64,000 bases of DNA. Origin: Methanomassiliicoccales archaeon. GTDB taxonomy: Archaea > Thermoplasmatota > Thermoplasmata > Methanomassiliicoccales > UBA472. Made by a program: the position numbers and the translations under genes. Below are positions 38,261 through 48,192 of the stretch, one piece after another. The number at the start of each line of letters is the position of its first letter. Positions within the stretch are counted from its first letter, which is position 1. The notes under the pieces were generated by a model. The model worked only from the letters and a program-made list of their open reading frames with translations. It had not been told where the DNA came from and ran no database searches. Location: NCBI GenBank assembly GCA_013415865.1, contig CP058896.1, forward strand, positions 700,921 to 764,920, given 5' to 3'.

Positions 38261-39022
38261 TCACATCGCCTCCTTCATCGAAAGGCAGCTCTTCGGGCAC
38301 ACTTCGACGCACTGCTCGCAAGAGACGCACTTGTTGTTGTCAAAGACCGGTCTCTTCACCGGCTTGTTGGTCTTCGGGTTCACCTCGCCGGTGTCGGCCA
38401 TAGTTATCGCTCCGACCGGACAGGTCTTGGCGCAACGCTGGCAGCTGATGCACTTCTTCGGGTCCAACTCGACGGTGTCCTTGATGGCCATGTCGCCCTT
38501 GTCATGAGATTCGGTCTTCCCGGCCTTGAGCTCTGACGGGGTGATCATCGGCGAATGGACCTCATATCCGGGCTTGTGCTCATACTGAAGCTTGAAAGGG
38601 TCGAACATGAGGTCAGACCTGGTGTATGCCGCAAGCTCGAACTCTGGCGTGACCATCATCGCATTGGTGGGGCAGACCTCTGCACAATAGCCGCACATCA
38701 TGCATCGCGCGACATATACCTGGGGCCTGTTCACCTTTCCCAAGGTGGGATGGTCAATAGGCACCATCTGGATGCACTGGTTCGGACAGATCTTCACGCA
38801 CTTCTTGCATTCAATGCATTTCTCGAGCCGGATGCCCGGGCGTCCACGGAAACAGTCGGGCATGATGAGCTTTTCCCACGGGTACAATATCGTGTTCGGA
38901 CGGTTGATCGTCGTCCTGACAAGGGTCCTGAACACCGCGACCATCGGGTCCCCGATATACAGCCGGGGCTTGAGCTCCTTCCTGCTCCTGTAAGTTGTAC
39001 GCTTCTTGACTTCCTCGGCCAT
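38261..39022 (-). CDS. fpoI: Fpo-like subunit I with four ferredoxin motifs
   Basis: YPWEK, FRGRP and four CxxCxxCxxxCP motifs. Confidence 0.9.
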   Translation of the reverse strand: MAEEVKKRTTYRSRKELKPRLYIGDPMVAVFRTLVRTTINRPNTILYPWEKLIMPDCFRGRPGIRLEKCIECKKCVKICPNQCIQMVPIDHPTLGKVNRPQVYVARCMMCGYCAEVCPTNAMMVTPEFELAAYTRSDLMFDPFKLQYEHKPGYEVHSPMITPSELKAGKTESHDKGDMAIKDTVELDPKKCISCQRCAKTCPVGAITMADTGEVNPKTNKPVKRPVFDNNKCVSCEQCVEVCPKSCLSMKEAM

Positions 39023-39023
39023 C

Positions 39024-40145
39024 TTACCAACCTCCAACCGAGTAGACTTTGATCAGCACGACGACCACCAGGTTGATGACCGCCAAGGGAAGGAGACGCC
39101 TCCACCCGATCTTGAGGATCTGGTCGGTCCTGATACGGACCATAGCGGCCCTCACCCATACCATCATGAAGAACAGGAAGAAGGTCTTCAAGAGAAGCCA
39201 GACCGCACCTGGAATAGGCTCAGGTCCCAGCCAACCGCCGAGGAACAATATGGCGAACAGCGCACAGACGATATACGCCCTGATGTAGTCACATAGCATG
39301 ATGAGGCCCCAGCGGAAACCTCCATATTCCGTCTGCCACCCCTCGACGAGCTCGGCCTCCGCCTCGGGAAGATCGAACGGGACCCTCTCGACCTCTGCGA
39401 TACCGGCCACGAAGAATGTGAGCGCGCCGATGGCCAATGGGACCAGCAAGATTATGTTATCGTTCTGCCAGTTGACTATCTCTACAAAGTTCAAAGACCC
39501 GGTCATGACGACGAGCGACACCACGACCAACAACATCGGCACCTCGTATGCGATGAGCTGGGCGGCGGCACGCATGCCTCCTATGACGGTGTATTTGTTG
39601 TTGGACGCCCACCCGCCTATAAGTATGGCGAACGGGGCCAAGGAGAACACCGCAAGTCCCAGCAATAATGCCAACGGTACGTTGACGGCATAGAACTCAT
39701 CGTCCCATGGGACGAGCCCCATCAACATCGCCGACGTGGCGATGATGAGGACGACCGCCCATGTGTACACCTTTTGGTCGGCATCGCGGGGTATGATGAT
39801 CTCCTTAAGTAGGGTCTTGATCCCGTCCGCGAAGTTCTGGAACAGACCTAATACGCCCACCTGGGTACCACGCCTGTCCATGAAACGCCCGAGAAGCTTT
39901 CTTTCCATCCATATGACCGTGAGGCCTGCGAACAGGAACACGAAGACGAAATATATGACGGCCACGAGCAGGTAGGATACAAATGTGACGAACTGGGGGT
40001 CGACCAAGAACTGCTTGATCGGATAGAAGAAGCTGCCTTCATCGATGCCGATGAATCCCAGGACCCTCCCTACTGCCCAGAGCAACCAAGATACCAAGCT
40101 GAACATGAACGTGTAAATGGTGGAGAAATCAAGGTCGATGTTCAT
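39024..40145 (-). CDS. fpoH: Fpo-like complex subunit H
   Basis: ERKLLG, ADGIK, AAQLIAYE and PFDLPEAEAELVEG. Confidence 0.94.
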   Translation of the reverse strand: MNIDLDFSTIYTFMFSLVSWLLWAVGRVLGFIGIDEGSFFYPIKQFLVDPQFVTFVSYLLVAVIYFVFVFLFAGLTVIWMERKLLGRFMDRRGTQVGVLGLFQNFADGIKTLLKEIIIPRDADQKVYTWAVVLIIATSAMLMGLVPWDDEFYAVNVPLALLLGLAVFSLAPFAILIGGWASNNKYTVIGGMRAAAQLIAYEVPMLLVVVSLVVMTGSLNFVEIVNWQNDNIILLVPLAIGALTFFVAGIAEVERVPFDLPEAEAELVEGWQTEYGGFRWGLIMLCDYIRAYIVCALFAILFLGGWLGPEPIPGAVWLLLKTFFLFFMMVWVRAAMVRIRTDQILKIGWRRLLPLAVINLVVVVLIKVYSVGGW

Positions 40146-40151
40146 TTTTGA

Positions 40152-41237
40152 TCACCTGTCCGTCTCTCCAAGGCACATGTCGATCGAACCCATGATCGCG
40201 GGGACATCAGCGACCTTCTCTCCAATGAGCATGACAGGGGCAGCAGAGACTGATACGAATATCGGACTGCGCACCTTCAGCCTGTAAGGCTGGTTCGTCC
40301 CATCGCCGACGACATACATCAGGCCCTCGCCGCGCGGGTCCTCGACGTGCGCGAAGGCTGTCTTCTTCGGCGCATTCCTGGGCGCCTTGACACGCACCGG
40401 GCCAGGCCTCATCTTTTTGAACGCCTGACGGATGATGTTGCAGGACTCCTGCATCTCCCTCATCCTGACGCGATAGCGCGCATATGAGTCCCCTTCCTGC
40501 TCAACGCATACCTCGAAATCGACCTCATCATATTTCTCATAGGGGTCGTCCCTCCTGATGTCGAAATCGACGCCCGAGCCGCGCATGTTCGGGCCCGTGA
40601 CACCTAGGTTCATGGCGTCCGCCTTTGAAAGGTATCCGGTATTCTCCATCCTCATGCGGTAGGATACCGTCTTGTCACATAGCGCCTCATATTCTGTCTT
40701 TAACCTCTTCTCGAATAGGTTCAGCACCCTCAATGTGTCCCTCTCGAAGTTCTCTGGCAGGTCGTTCCTGACCCCTCCGATGCGCGGATAATTGTATGTC
40801 ATCCTCGCCCCGGTGAGGTTCATCAGCTGGTCAAGGAACAGCTCCCTCTCCCTCATGCAATATAAGAAAATGGTGTATGAGCCTAGGTCAGTGCCCACTG
40901 CGGCCAACCACATAAGGTGAGAGGCGATGCGCTGCATCTCGCAGACAATGACCCTGATCCATTGGGCCCTTTCTGGCACCTCTACATCCATGAGCTCTTC
41001 GATGGTCCTGCAATAAAGGTGGCTCCAGGTCATCGATGACCCATAGCATAGACGGTCGGCCATCGGGATGATCTGCTGGAAGTCCCTTGCCTCGACCATC
41101 TTCTCCCAGCCGCGGTGCAGGTAGCCTATGACCGGCTGGGCCTCAGTGATCTTCTCACCATCCACCTTGACCCTGAGGTTCCACAGCCCATGCGTCATCG
41201 GGTGCTGAGGACCCATGTTCATCCACATCTCGGTCAT
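40152..41237 (-). CDS. fpoD: Fpo-like complex subunit D
   Basis: NMGPQHPMTHG, GYLHRG and C-terminal GETDR; no NiFe CxxC ligands. Confidence 0.94.
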   Translation of the reverse strand: MTEMWMNMGPQHPMTHGLWNLRVKVDGEKITEAQPVIGYLHRGWEKMVEARDFQQIIPMADRLCYGSSMTWSHLYCRTIEELMDVEVPERAQWIRVIVCEMQRIASHLMWLAAVGTDLGSYTIFLYCMRERELFLDQLMNLTGARMTYNYPRIGGVRNDLPENFERDTLRVLNLFEKRLKTEYEALCDKTVSYRMRMENTGYLSKADAMNLGVTGPNMRGSGVDFDIRRDDPYEKYDEVDFEVCVEQEGDSYARYRVRMREMQESCNIIRQAFKKMRPGPVRVKAPRNAPKKTAFAHVEDPRGEGLMYVVGDGTNQPYRLKVRSPIFVSVSAAPVMLIGEKVADVPAIMGSIDMCLGETDR

Positions 41238-41704
41238 GATACCCTCCTCCCTGGGTTGAAGTCCTTCCTGAGCGGGAAGAACTGGAAGTCGTCGGCCATC
41301 AAAAGCCTCTCCAGCTTCGGGTGCCCGACAAAGATGATCCCGAACATATCGTAGGTCTCCCTCTCATGCCAATTGGCCCCTCCCCATAGAGGGGTGATGG
41401 AGTCCACCTCAGGCTTATCCTTGGAGATGTTGTCGACCACGATCTCAGCGACCACCTTGTTCTGATAAGATGAAATGTGATGTACCACCTGGAAGTGGGT
41501 CTTCATGTCCACCCCGCAGGAGCAGCTAACATGCTCGAAGCCCAGCTCGTTCTTCAGCTTCTTGCAGAGGTCCAATAGAATATCTTTGCTTATCGTGAGG
41601 AAGATGCGCCTGGGGGCGACCTCTATGCTCGTGATGCCCTGTGGGAAGGCGCTGTTTATCGCCTCCGCGATCTGTTCCTCGTTCATCCTGGAAGTCTCGG
41701 TCAT
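41234..41704 (-). CDS. fpoC: Fpo-like complex subunit C
   Basis: ANWHERETYDMFGIIFVGHP and PLRKDF. Confidence 0.94.
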   Translation of the reverse strand: MTETSRMNEEQIAEAINSAFPQGITSIEVAPRRIFLTISKDILLDLCKKLKNELGFEHVSCSCGVDMKTHFQVVHHISSYQNKVVAEIVVDNISKDKPEVDSITPLWGGANWHERETYDMFGIIFVGHPKLERLLMADDFQFFPLRKDFNPGRRVS

Positions 41705-41713
41705 CTTCTCACC

Positions 41714-42274
41714 TCAGTCCAGGAACGTTCCCTTCTGCTCCGCTGTTATCTTGCGGTTGAGCATCAGGAATGCGTCTATCATCGCCTCCGGGCGGGGCGG
41801 ACAGCCCGGGATATAAATGTCGACCGGTATGAAGGTGTCCAGGCCCTGCACGACATTGTATGCGTCATACCAGGGTCCTCCAGAGACCGCGCACTCTCCC
41901 ATGGCCACGACCCACTTGGGTTCAGGCATTTGCTCGTAGAGCCTCCTCAACGAAGGACGTAGCTTTTGGGATATCCAGCCATTGGCGAGCAGCACATCGC
42001 ATTGCCTTGGGGAGGACCTATAGATAAGTCCCAGCCTTTCGGCGTCCCATCTGCAGGCGGAGGCGGCGGCCATCTCAAGGGCGCAGCAGGCGATACCGAA
42101 GTGCAGAGGATAGATGGCGTTCCTCTGCCCCCATGCCCATATCGGGGCGGTGATCCCGTCCACCACTTTCTTCACTCCGGAGGCCCTCAGCGTCTCGGTG
42201 ACAAAGTTCTTGGACCATATCTGGAATTCCTTTGCGGTCATCGCGATCGCATGCGGTGCGAGGCTTAGATCCAT
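41714..42274 (-). CDS. fpoB: Fpo-like complex subunit B
   Basis: ACCALEM, SPRQCD and PGCPPRPE. Confidence 0.94.
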   Translation of the reverse strand: MDLSLAPHAIAMTAKEFQIWSKNFVTETLRASGVKKVVDGITAPIWAWGQRNAIYPLHFGIACCALEMAAASACRWDAERLGLIYRSSPRQCDVLLANGWISQKLRPSLRRLYEQMPEPKWVVAMGECAVSGGPWYDAYNVVQGLDTFIPVDIYIPGCPPRPEAMIDAFLMLNRKITAEQKGTFLD

Positions 42275-42648
42275 AGTATCTTCTCCTTTTTGATCGCGTA
42301 GTACACCCCTAGGAGCATGATGCCGGTGAAGAAGGCAGCAAAGACCAGGGGCAGGTTGTTCAACAGATTGTCAGGATCGATCCCGAACGAGTCAAAGGCC
42401 AAAGCCCAGATCAATAAAAATACAGTCACGATGTCGAACACCACGAAAATGATTGCGTAGATATAGAATTGGACATGGAACTGGATCTGTGCTTGTCCGA
42501 TAGGCGTTTCGCCGCACTCATAGGTGCTGTCCCGTAACGTGGTGTACTTCGTGGGTCGGAAGAACCGAGACACGTAGAACGCCAACACCGGGAACAGCAA
42601 CGAGACGAGCGCGAAGAGTGCAACCGGATAATAATCGTCTACGAGCAT
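42265..42648 (-). CDS. fpoA: Fpo-like complex subunit A
   Basis: YECGE and FYIYAIIFVVFD. Confidence 0.93.
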   Translation of the reverse strand: MLVDDYYPVALFALVSLLFPVLAFYVSRFFRPTKYTTLRDSTYECGETPIGQAQIQFHVQFYIYAIIFVVFDIVTVFLLIWALAFDSFGIDPDNLLNNLPLVFAAFFTGIMLLGVYYAIKKEKILWI

Positions 42649-42835
42649 TGCATCCCGAATAATGTAACCTTATATAAATTGAACGCAGAAAAGACCATCG
42701 GAACTGCCATTAATTATCGTTTATTCTTGGAATGATGGCTCTCAAAATGAGGATATTGAATTCTACTATCTGAATAAAAATATGTCGGGCGTGATCTAAA
42801 AGCATTATGAACCCCTGCCTCCCTTATTATCAATA

Positions 42836-43360
42836 ATGGAAACAAAGGGCGTGTCGGACAAGATAGCGATCTTGGTCGAGGACGATTATGAGGACCTCGA
42901 GCTCTGGTACCCATATTATCGGTTGAAAGAGGCATGTTATGTTCCGATCATCGTTGGTCCAGGAACCAAGAAGGTCTACAAGAGCAAACATGGCTATGAG
43001 GCGGTGGTGGACCTTGACGTCGACAAGGCAAAGTTCAATGACTTCGTCGCTGTGGTGATCCCTGGAGGATTCGCCCCGGACAGGATCAGAAGACATCCTC
43101 ACATGAACGAGTTCGTCAGAAGGATGTTTGACTCGGGAAAGTTGGTCGCCGCGATATGCCATGGGCCATCGGTCCTGGTCTCGGCGAATATCCTCAAGGG
43201 AAGGAAGGCAACTTGCTTCCATTCGATCAAGGATGATATCATCAATGCTGGTGCCAGATTCATCGATGATGAGGTGGTCGTTGACAGGAACCTTGTGACG
43301 TCCCGAAGGCCGGAGGACCTTCCGTCCTTCATGAAGGCGATCCTATCGCTCCTGGAGTGA
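42836..43360 (+). CDS. pfpI: PfpI/DJ-1 family protein
   Basis: EDLEL, IPGG, AICHGP and TSRRPEDL. Confidence 0.9.
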   Translation: METKGVSDKIAILVEDDYEDLELWYPYYRLKEACYVPIIVGPGTKKVYKSKHGYEAVVDLDVDKAKFNDFVAVVIPGGFAPDRIRRHPHMNEFVRRMFDSGKLVAAICHGPSVLVSANILKGRKATCFHSIKDDIINAGARFIDDEVVVDRNLVTSRRPEDLPSFMKAILSLLE

Positions 43361-43440
43361 ACGGGACATGCAGTGGTTATATATCGTGTTGGGCATATGG
43401 CGGTCCACGGAATGTCCACATCGCTAGGGGAGATATCAAG

Positions 43441-44244
43441 ATGAAGATAGGATTCTTAGGGGCCGGCAACATGGCAGAGGCCCTCATGAAGGGGCTTATG
43501 GCAGCGAAGCTCGCCGATCCAGAAGAGCTAATAGCGAGCGAGATCTGGGGACCAAGGAGAGAGTTCATCCATAAGACCTATGGAATTAAGGTGACAGATA
43601 GCAACCCTGAGGTCGTGCGTTCCGCGGACGTTGTCATATTGGCCGTGAAACCACAGCAGGTGCCAGATGTCATGAGGGACGTCAAGGCCGACATGGACGG
43701 CAGACACCTTCTTATATCGATCGCGGCGGGAGTGAAGATCTCCACCATCGAAGGCATGTTGGACCCGGCGGTGAGGGTGGTGAGGGTCATGCCGAACCAG
43801 GCCTGCCTGGTCGGGGCCTCCGCCTCCGCCTTTTCGAAGGGGAGGTCGGCCACGAAGGAGGACATGGCCCTGGTACAGAGGATCTTGGATTCAGTGGGCA
43901 TAGCATATCCTGTCGAGGAAAAGCTCCTCGACGCGGTCACCGGCCTGAGCGGGTCGGGCCCCGCCTACGTCTACATGATGATCGAGGCGATGGCGGACGG
44001 GGGGGTCCTTTCAGGCCTGCCGAGGGATGTGGCGGTCATGTTGGCCGCGCAGACCCTTCTCGGTTCGGCGAAGACGGTCCTCGAGACGAAGAAACATCCA
44101 GGGGAGCTGAAGGACATGGTCGCATCTCCCGCTGGTACGACGATAGAGGGCATCAGGGTGTTGGAGGAGGGGGGCTTCCGTGGCCTTATCATCGATGCCA
44201 TAGAGGCCGGCGCCAAAAGGTCTGCTGAGCTAGGGTCCAAGTGA
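43441..44244 (+). CDS. proC: Pyrroline-5-carboxylate reductase
   Basis: GAGNMA, AVKPQ, RVMPN, SGSGPAY and SPAGTT. Confidence 0.95.
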   Translation: MKIGFLGAGNMAEALMKGLMAAKLADPEELIASEIWGPRREFIHKTYGIKVTDSNPEVVRSADVVILAVKPQQVPDVMRDVKADMDGRHLLISIAAGVKISTIEGMLDPAVRVVRVMPNQACLVGASASAFSKGRSATKEDMALVQRILDSVGIAYPVEEKLLDAVTGLSGSGPAYVYMMIEAMADGGVLSGLPRDVAVMLAAQTLLGSAKTVLETKKHPGELKDMVASPAGTTIEGIRVLEEGGFRGLIIDAIEAGAKRSAELGSK

Positions 44245-44247
44245 TGA

Positions 44248-44724
44248 CTATTTTCTCTTGCCCTTGTAGGTCTTGAGCTGGCCCCCGCATATCGGACAAT
44301 CAGGGAGGTCGTCCTGATAGACCTTGCCGCATCCAGAACATCGATGTTTCCATTTTATCACCTTCTTGATCCCTCCGGCCCCGATCGGACGATAAGGCAC
44401 CGCAAGGACCTCTGAGACATTCTGTATCGAATAATCATCTGTCCATATCTCTCCCCCGATCTCAAGCGCCAGGGCGATGAGCTCTCGGTCAGTAGGAGAA
44501 AGTCTGGACATATCACCTGTCGTCCTTGCCGCCTCCTCTACAGGCACCATCGATGAAAAAGAGGGAGATGCCACCTTCAGCTTGTGCTCTAGGAATGCTG
44601 CCCTCCTGTCACCGTACTTATCAAGCTCCTCAAGCACCGCATAGGTGGTATATGCCTCGATCCCTGTTGGGATGTCCTCCATCGAGAAGAGGGCAGAGGT
44701 GTCCAGAACGACCTTTCTTTTCAT
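44248..44724 (-). CDS. nob1: Nob1-like PIN/Zn-ribbon endonuclease
   Basis: VLDTSA, LSPTD, TDDYSIQN and CSGC..CPICG. Confidence 0.9.
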   Translation of the reverse strand: MKRKVVLDTSALFSMEDIPTGIEAYTTYAVLEELDKYGDRRAAFLEHKLKVASPSFSSMVPVEEAARTTGDMSRLSPTDRELIALALEIGGEIWTDDYSIQNVSEVLAVPYRPIGAGGIKKVIKWKHRCSGCGKVYQDDLPDCPICGGQLKTYKGKRK

Positions 44725-44789
44725 ACCAGATTCTCGTCATTAACTGCGCTCATGTTAAATACAACTTTTCCTGTCGCCATTCGGATAAG

Positions 44790-45050
44790 ATGAACATCGT
44801 TGTCGACCCTGAGGTCGTTGAGTTCGTCAAAAGGTCCAGTGAGGACCAGCGTCTTTCGACATCGTGCTCGGGACCCATCATCATCCCGATATCCATCAAG
44901 CCACCGAAGGAGAGCGACCTGAGGATAAAGTGCGGCGACCGCACATTGTTCATATCCCGTGTGCAGGCCAGATATATCAATAGGATAACTAGCTCGATGA
45001 TCTACGACCCCGAGGAGGGGCTCAGCTGTTCGATGTATCCAGAGCTCTGA
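44790..45050 (+). CDS. Small conserved hypothetical protein
   Basis: MNIVVDPEV...TSCSGP...KPPKESD..I; fills the gap between nob1 and thiI. Confidence 0.6.
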   Translation: MNIVVDPEVVEFVKRSSEDQRLSTSCSGPIIIPISIKPPKESDLRIKCGDRTLFISRVQARYINRITSSMIYDPEEGLSCSMYPEL

Positions 45051-45675
45051 TGTCCTTCATGTTGTTGACGGCATAGGAGATCATCTCCTCGATGTCCACC
45101 TTCGCCTCCTCAGATATGACATTCTCCTCAGATGCCATGGTCACCACGTGGTCGGGCAGGACCGTACAGGCCTTCCCTTCTATCCCTGAGATCGAGACCT
45201 CGTAGGTGCCGATCCTCTTAGCTATCGCCTCAATCTCAAGCTTGTCAAGACCTATCAAAGGCCTTAGCACAGGGAAGCCAAGACCGGCCTGTTCAGACCT
45301 GATGTTCTGAAGGGTCTGAGATGCCACCTGGCCGAGCGATTCTCCCGTGACTATCGCAACCGCACCGTACCTCAGTGCCACCGCCTTGGCCACCTTCAGC
45401 ATCAATCTCTTGCAAAGGACGCACTGATAGGACCTGGTGCACATGCGGGAATTGATCTCCTGGTTCCTTCCATGCGGGGCGAAATAGAAATCCACTTTTC
45501 CACCGGAGGAACTGCCGACGATCTTGGCCAACCTTGCAGCCTTTATGACGCTCCCCTCAGACGAGTAAGGCCTGTTGTCCATATGAAGGGCCATGACCTC
45601 AACGCCCTGGCGCGCCATCATGTATGCCGCGACCGGCGAATCGATGCCGCCGGACAATAGCGCAACTACCTTCAT
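45022..45675 (-). CDS. thiI: ThiI-like tRNA sulfurtransferase, PP-loop domain only (no THUMP)
   Basis: LLSGGIDSPVA, CVLCKR, TGESLGQVASQTL and RPLIGLDK; 217 aa. Confidence 0.85.
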   Translation of the reverse strand: MKVVALLSGGIDSPVAAYMMARQGVEVMALHMDNRPYSSEGSVIKAARLAKIVGSSSGGKVDFYFAPHGRNQEINSRMCTRSYQCVLCKRLMLKVAKAVALRYGAVAIVTGESLGQVASQTLQNIRSEQAGLGFPVLRPLIGLDKLEIEAIAKRIGTYEVSISGIEGKACTVLPDHVVTMASEENVISEEAKVDIEEMISYAVNNMKDIRALDTSNS

Positions 45676-45676
45676 C

Positions 45677-45850
45677 TCAGTTGTTCATCCTGGGGATTTC
45701 CATTCCATTGGGGAACAGACCGATCCCTTCCTCTTCATCTTCCGCCTCGGTGATCATGCTGAAGAGCACTCCAACGATCTCCTTCATCTGCCTGATCTCC
45801 TCGCGGAGCTCCCGGATCTCCTTGACAAGATCCTCATGGTCTTTGTCCAT
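45677..45850 (-). CDS. Small coiled-coil acidic hypothetical protein
   Basis: ORF closely packed between csl4 and thiI. Confidence 0.55.
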   Translation of the reverse strand: MDKDHEDLVKEIRELREEIRQMKEIVGVLFSMITEAEDEEEGIGLFPNGMEIPRMNN

Positions 45851-45897
45851 TCTACGCCCCCTTTTCAACCGTCATCGACAGAAAAATGTTTCATCGG

Positions 45898-46458
45898 TCA
45901 GAACTCCACCGAGGCATAATCATCGGCGAGCTTCCTATAGTCCGACCTCTCGCAATTGTTGCAGTATAGGCCCTTCTCCGTTCTGAGCAGGGGATGCCTG
46001 CACTTCCTGCAAAGGGCCTTGATGACGCCAAGATGGGGCCCGGCCGTTGTGAGCTGGATCGATGGCCTTGTCTGTAGGACCTTTGCTCTTATTATGTCGC
46101 TCGGCCTCATCTCTTTTGTGGCATCCTGGACATAGTCCTGCGACATCTTTGATACATGGATCGTGCCGTTGGTGTCCCCGGTGATCTCTCGCTTTTTCCC
46201 TTCCACGGCGACAACGTCGCATATCGCCATGGATGCTCGGACGTCCGTGACGACGCAGAAGACGTGGTCCCCTTGCTTCAGATTGGTCATTGGGTTCTTT
46301 GCCTTGACCGTTGCCGTCCTTTCCTCGTTGTCGAGCTCAAGCTCTCCATATAGGGCGGCATAGATCTTACCGTCCTCTTCGTACGTCCCCTCTGATGGGA
46401 TATATTCTTCTACCTCGGCGACCTCCTCGCCGGGAATCACCCTCCTCTTCTCTTTCAT
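45898..46458 (-). CDS. csl4: Exosome RNA-binding subunit Csl4
   Basis: VIPGE..., S1 domain, and LGVIKALCRKC...CNNC Zn ribbon. Confidence 0.92.
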   Translation of the reverse strand: MKEKRRVIPGEEVAEVEEYIPSEGTYEEDGKIYAALYGELELDNEERTATVKAKNPMTNLKQGDHVFCVVTDVRASMAICDVVAVEGKKREITGDTNGTIHVSKMSQDYVQDATKEMRPSDIIRAKVLQTRPSIQLTTAGPHLGVIKALCRKCRHPLLRTEKGLYCNNCERSDYRKLADDYASVEF

Positions 46459-47087
46459 AATGGCTCACCGCATCTGCGGAAACATAGGAACGAAACGTCA
46501 AAGCTCTTCCTTGATTTCCTGTGGAACGCGAATGTATGAGGGATGTCAAATTTAAACCTTTTCTGGAACTCTATCACGAACCCTCTCTCGCTGGCATATT
46601 GCGCCAGGAAACCGATGGTCTCGCTCATATGCAATGAATAGACCACGTCGGCGACGGCCATGGCCTTGTCGAGGAACGGCCTGTCCGCATTGCGGTTCTG
46701 AGAGCCGAAAGGTGGGTTCTGCAATACTGTATCCACCCTGCCCTGGAAGCATCCCACATCCCCCTTCATCAGTTCGATCTCCACCCCGGCGGCCAGGGCG
46801 TTGTCCCTCGCGATGGCGAGTGCCCCTTCGTCCAATTCGACACCGATGACCCTGGTCGCCCCCATAAGGGCGGCGCCGACCGACAAGACCCCGGTACCGC
46901 ATCCGAGGTCCAGGACCGTTCTGCCTTCGATATCGCCTCTGGCATATGCGGTGAAGACCATCTCGGCGGCTATAGTGGCCGATGTGGGGTATTGCTCGAG
47001 GTCCGCCCTGGGACGCACGAAGGGCCTCACCTTTTGCAATTCCATTTCCAGCTCTTTCTTTTTCATATCGATGGCGACCTGTCTCAA
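46455..47087 (-). CDS. METTL5-family N6-adenine RNA methyltransferase
   Basis: LEQYPT, DLGCGTG and NPPFG. Confidence 0.9.
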   Translation of the reverse strand: MRQVAIDMKKKELEMELQKVRPFVRPRADLEQYPTSATIAAEMVFTAYARGDIEGRTVLDLGCGTGVLSVGAALMGATRVIGVELDEGALAIARDNALAAGVEIELMKGDVGCFQGRVDTVLQNPPFGSQNRNADRPFLDKAMAVADVVYSLHMSETIGFLAQYASERGFVIEFQKRFKFDIPHTFAFHRKSRKSFDVSFLCFRRCGEPL

Positions 47088-47090
47088 AGC

Positions 47091-47726
47091 TCATTGGTTC
47101 AGGCCCAGGTTCAGGAAGTCCGCGCTCGTAAGGATCCCCACGATGGCGCCCTTCCTCGAAATTAGGATGGCCTCCTCCCTTTGAAGGTGGAGAGATGCCA
47201 CATCGATCGGTGTGTCCTCGCTGAGGATCGGGAACGGCTCTCCCATCATCTCCTCGACCCTTGTCCGCATGACCTCTTCATAGGTCTTTGTCCTGTTTTT
47301 GGTGGCCTCTATGGTATAATCCCTGAGCCTGTCATCGGTGAGGGCCCCTACGACCTTCTCTCCGACCATGACCGGCAGTTGCGTGAAGCGGCCCTTCATC
47401 ATTTTCTCCGTCGCCTCACCGATGGTCTGGTCAGGAGAGACGCTGACCACACCCTTTGTAGCAAGGTCCCCGACCGTGAGCTGACCGCCCGACCTCACGC
47501 CCTCTGTCTTCCTCTTCCTTATCACGTCCTCGAATGCGTAAAGGATCTTCCTCACATTGCTATATGATGGGTCGATGCTCCCTCTCTCTATCTTTGCGAT
47601 GAGGGATTGGCTCACCCCCGCGAGGCTTGCCAGTTCCCTTTGGGAAAGGTTGAGCCTTTTCCTCATCTGCCTTATCTTGTCCAGGTCCGGGAGCTGAGGC
47701 ACAAAGGTCATTCTGTTGGACGACAT
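47091..47726 (-). CDS. XRE-HTH plus CBS-pair transcriptional regulator
   Basis: LSQRELA..AGVSQSLIAKIERG HTH followed by two CBS domains. Confidence 0.9.
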   Translation of the reverse strand: MSSNRMTFVPQLPDLDKIRQMRKRLNLSQRELASLAGVSQSLIAKIERGSIDPSYSNVRKILYAFEDVIRKRKTEGVRSGGQLTVGDLATKGVVSVSPDQTIGEATEKMMKGRFTQLPVMVGEKVVGALTDDRLRDYTIEATKNRTKTYEEVMRTRVEEMMGEPFPILSEDTPIDVASLHLQREEAILISRKGAIVGILTSADFLNLGLNQ

Positions 47727-48192
47727 GGGGCAACGCCTGTTGCGGCTGTTATGGGCCGTGAATGACTTAAGTCTATTGACCCAGTTCTCTTGATGAGGTC
47801 CCCATAGGAATCGCCCCCGGTAGTTCGTTGATGTATGGACATGATTAGATAAATGACCTAAAAAATCGAGAATGTCATCGAAAATCACAACATTTTAACG
47901 AATTTAGTATTCAATTTCAAATATTATATGCGAAATGTTCATCTAATGATTTCCTGCCTTTCTGTGAAATGAAAATGCTAAAATAATACCGTTTATGTAA
48001 TGCGCCCTGCGCGGACATCGCTCGATGGGCTCGGATGAAGGCCTGTGGGGAAGCGTGCATCTCCACATAAGGGCCTCTTCGAGGCTGTCAGGGCTGTACG
48101 CGGCCAAGGCCTTCATGATTTGGCGTAAGCTCTGGTGCCCTCTACACCTTAGCGACGCCCAAAGGTTGAGGGCAAGGAAAAGCTGTGGAGCG

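Noticed and set aside
40152-41237. Group 4 [NiFe]-hydrogenase large subunit
   Set aside because: No N- or C-terminal CxxC nickel ligands; motifs are NuoD/FpoD type.
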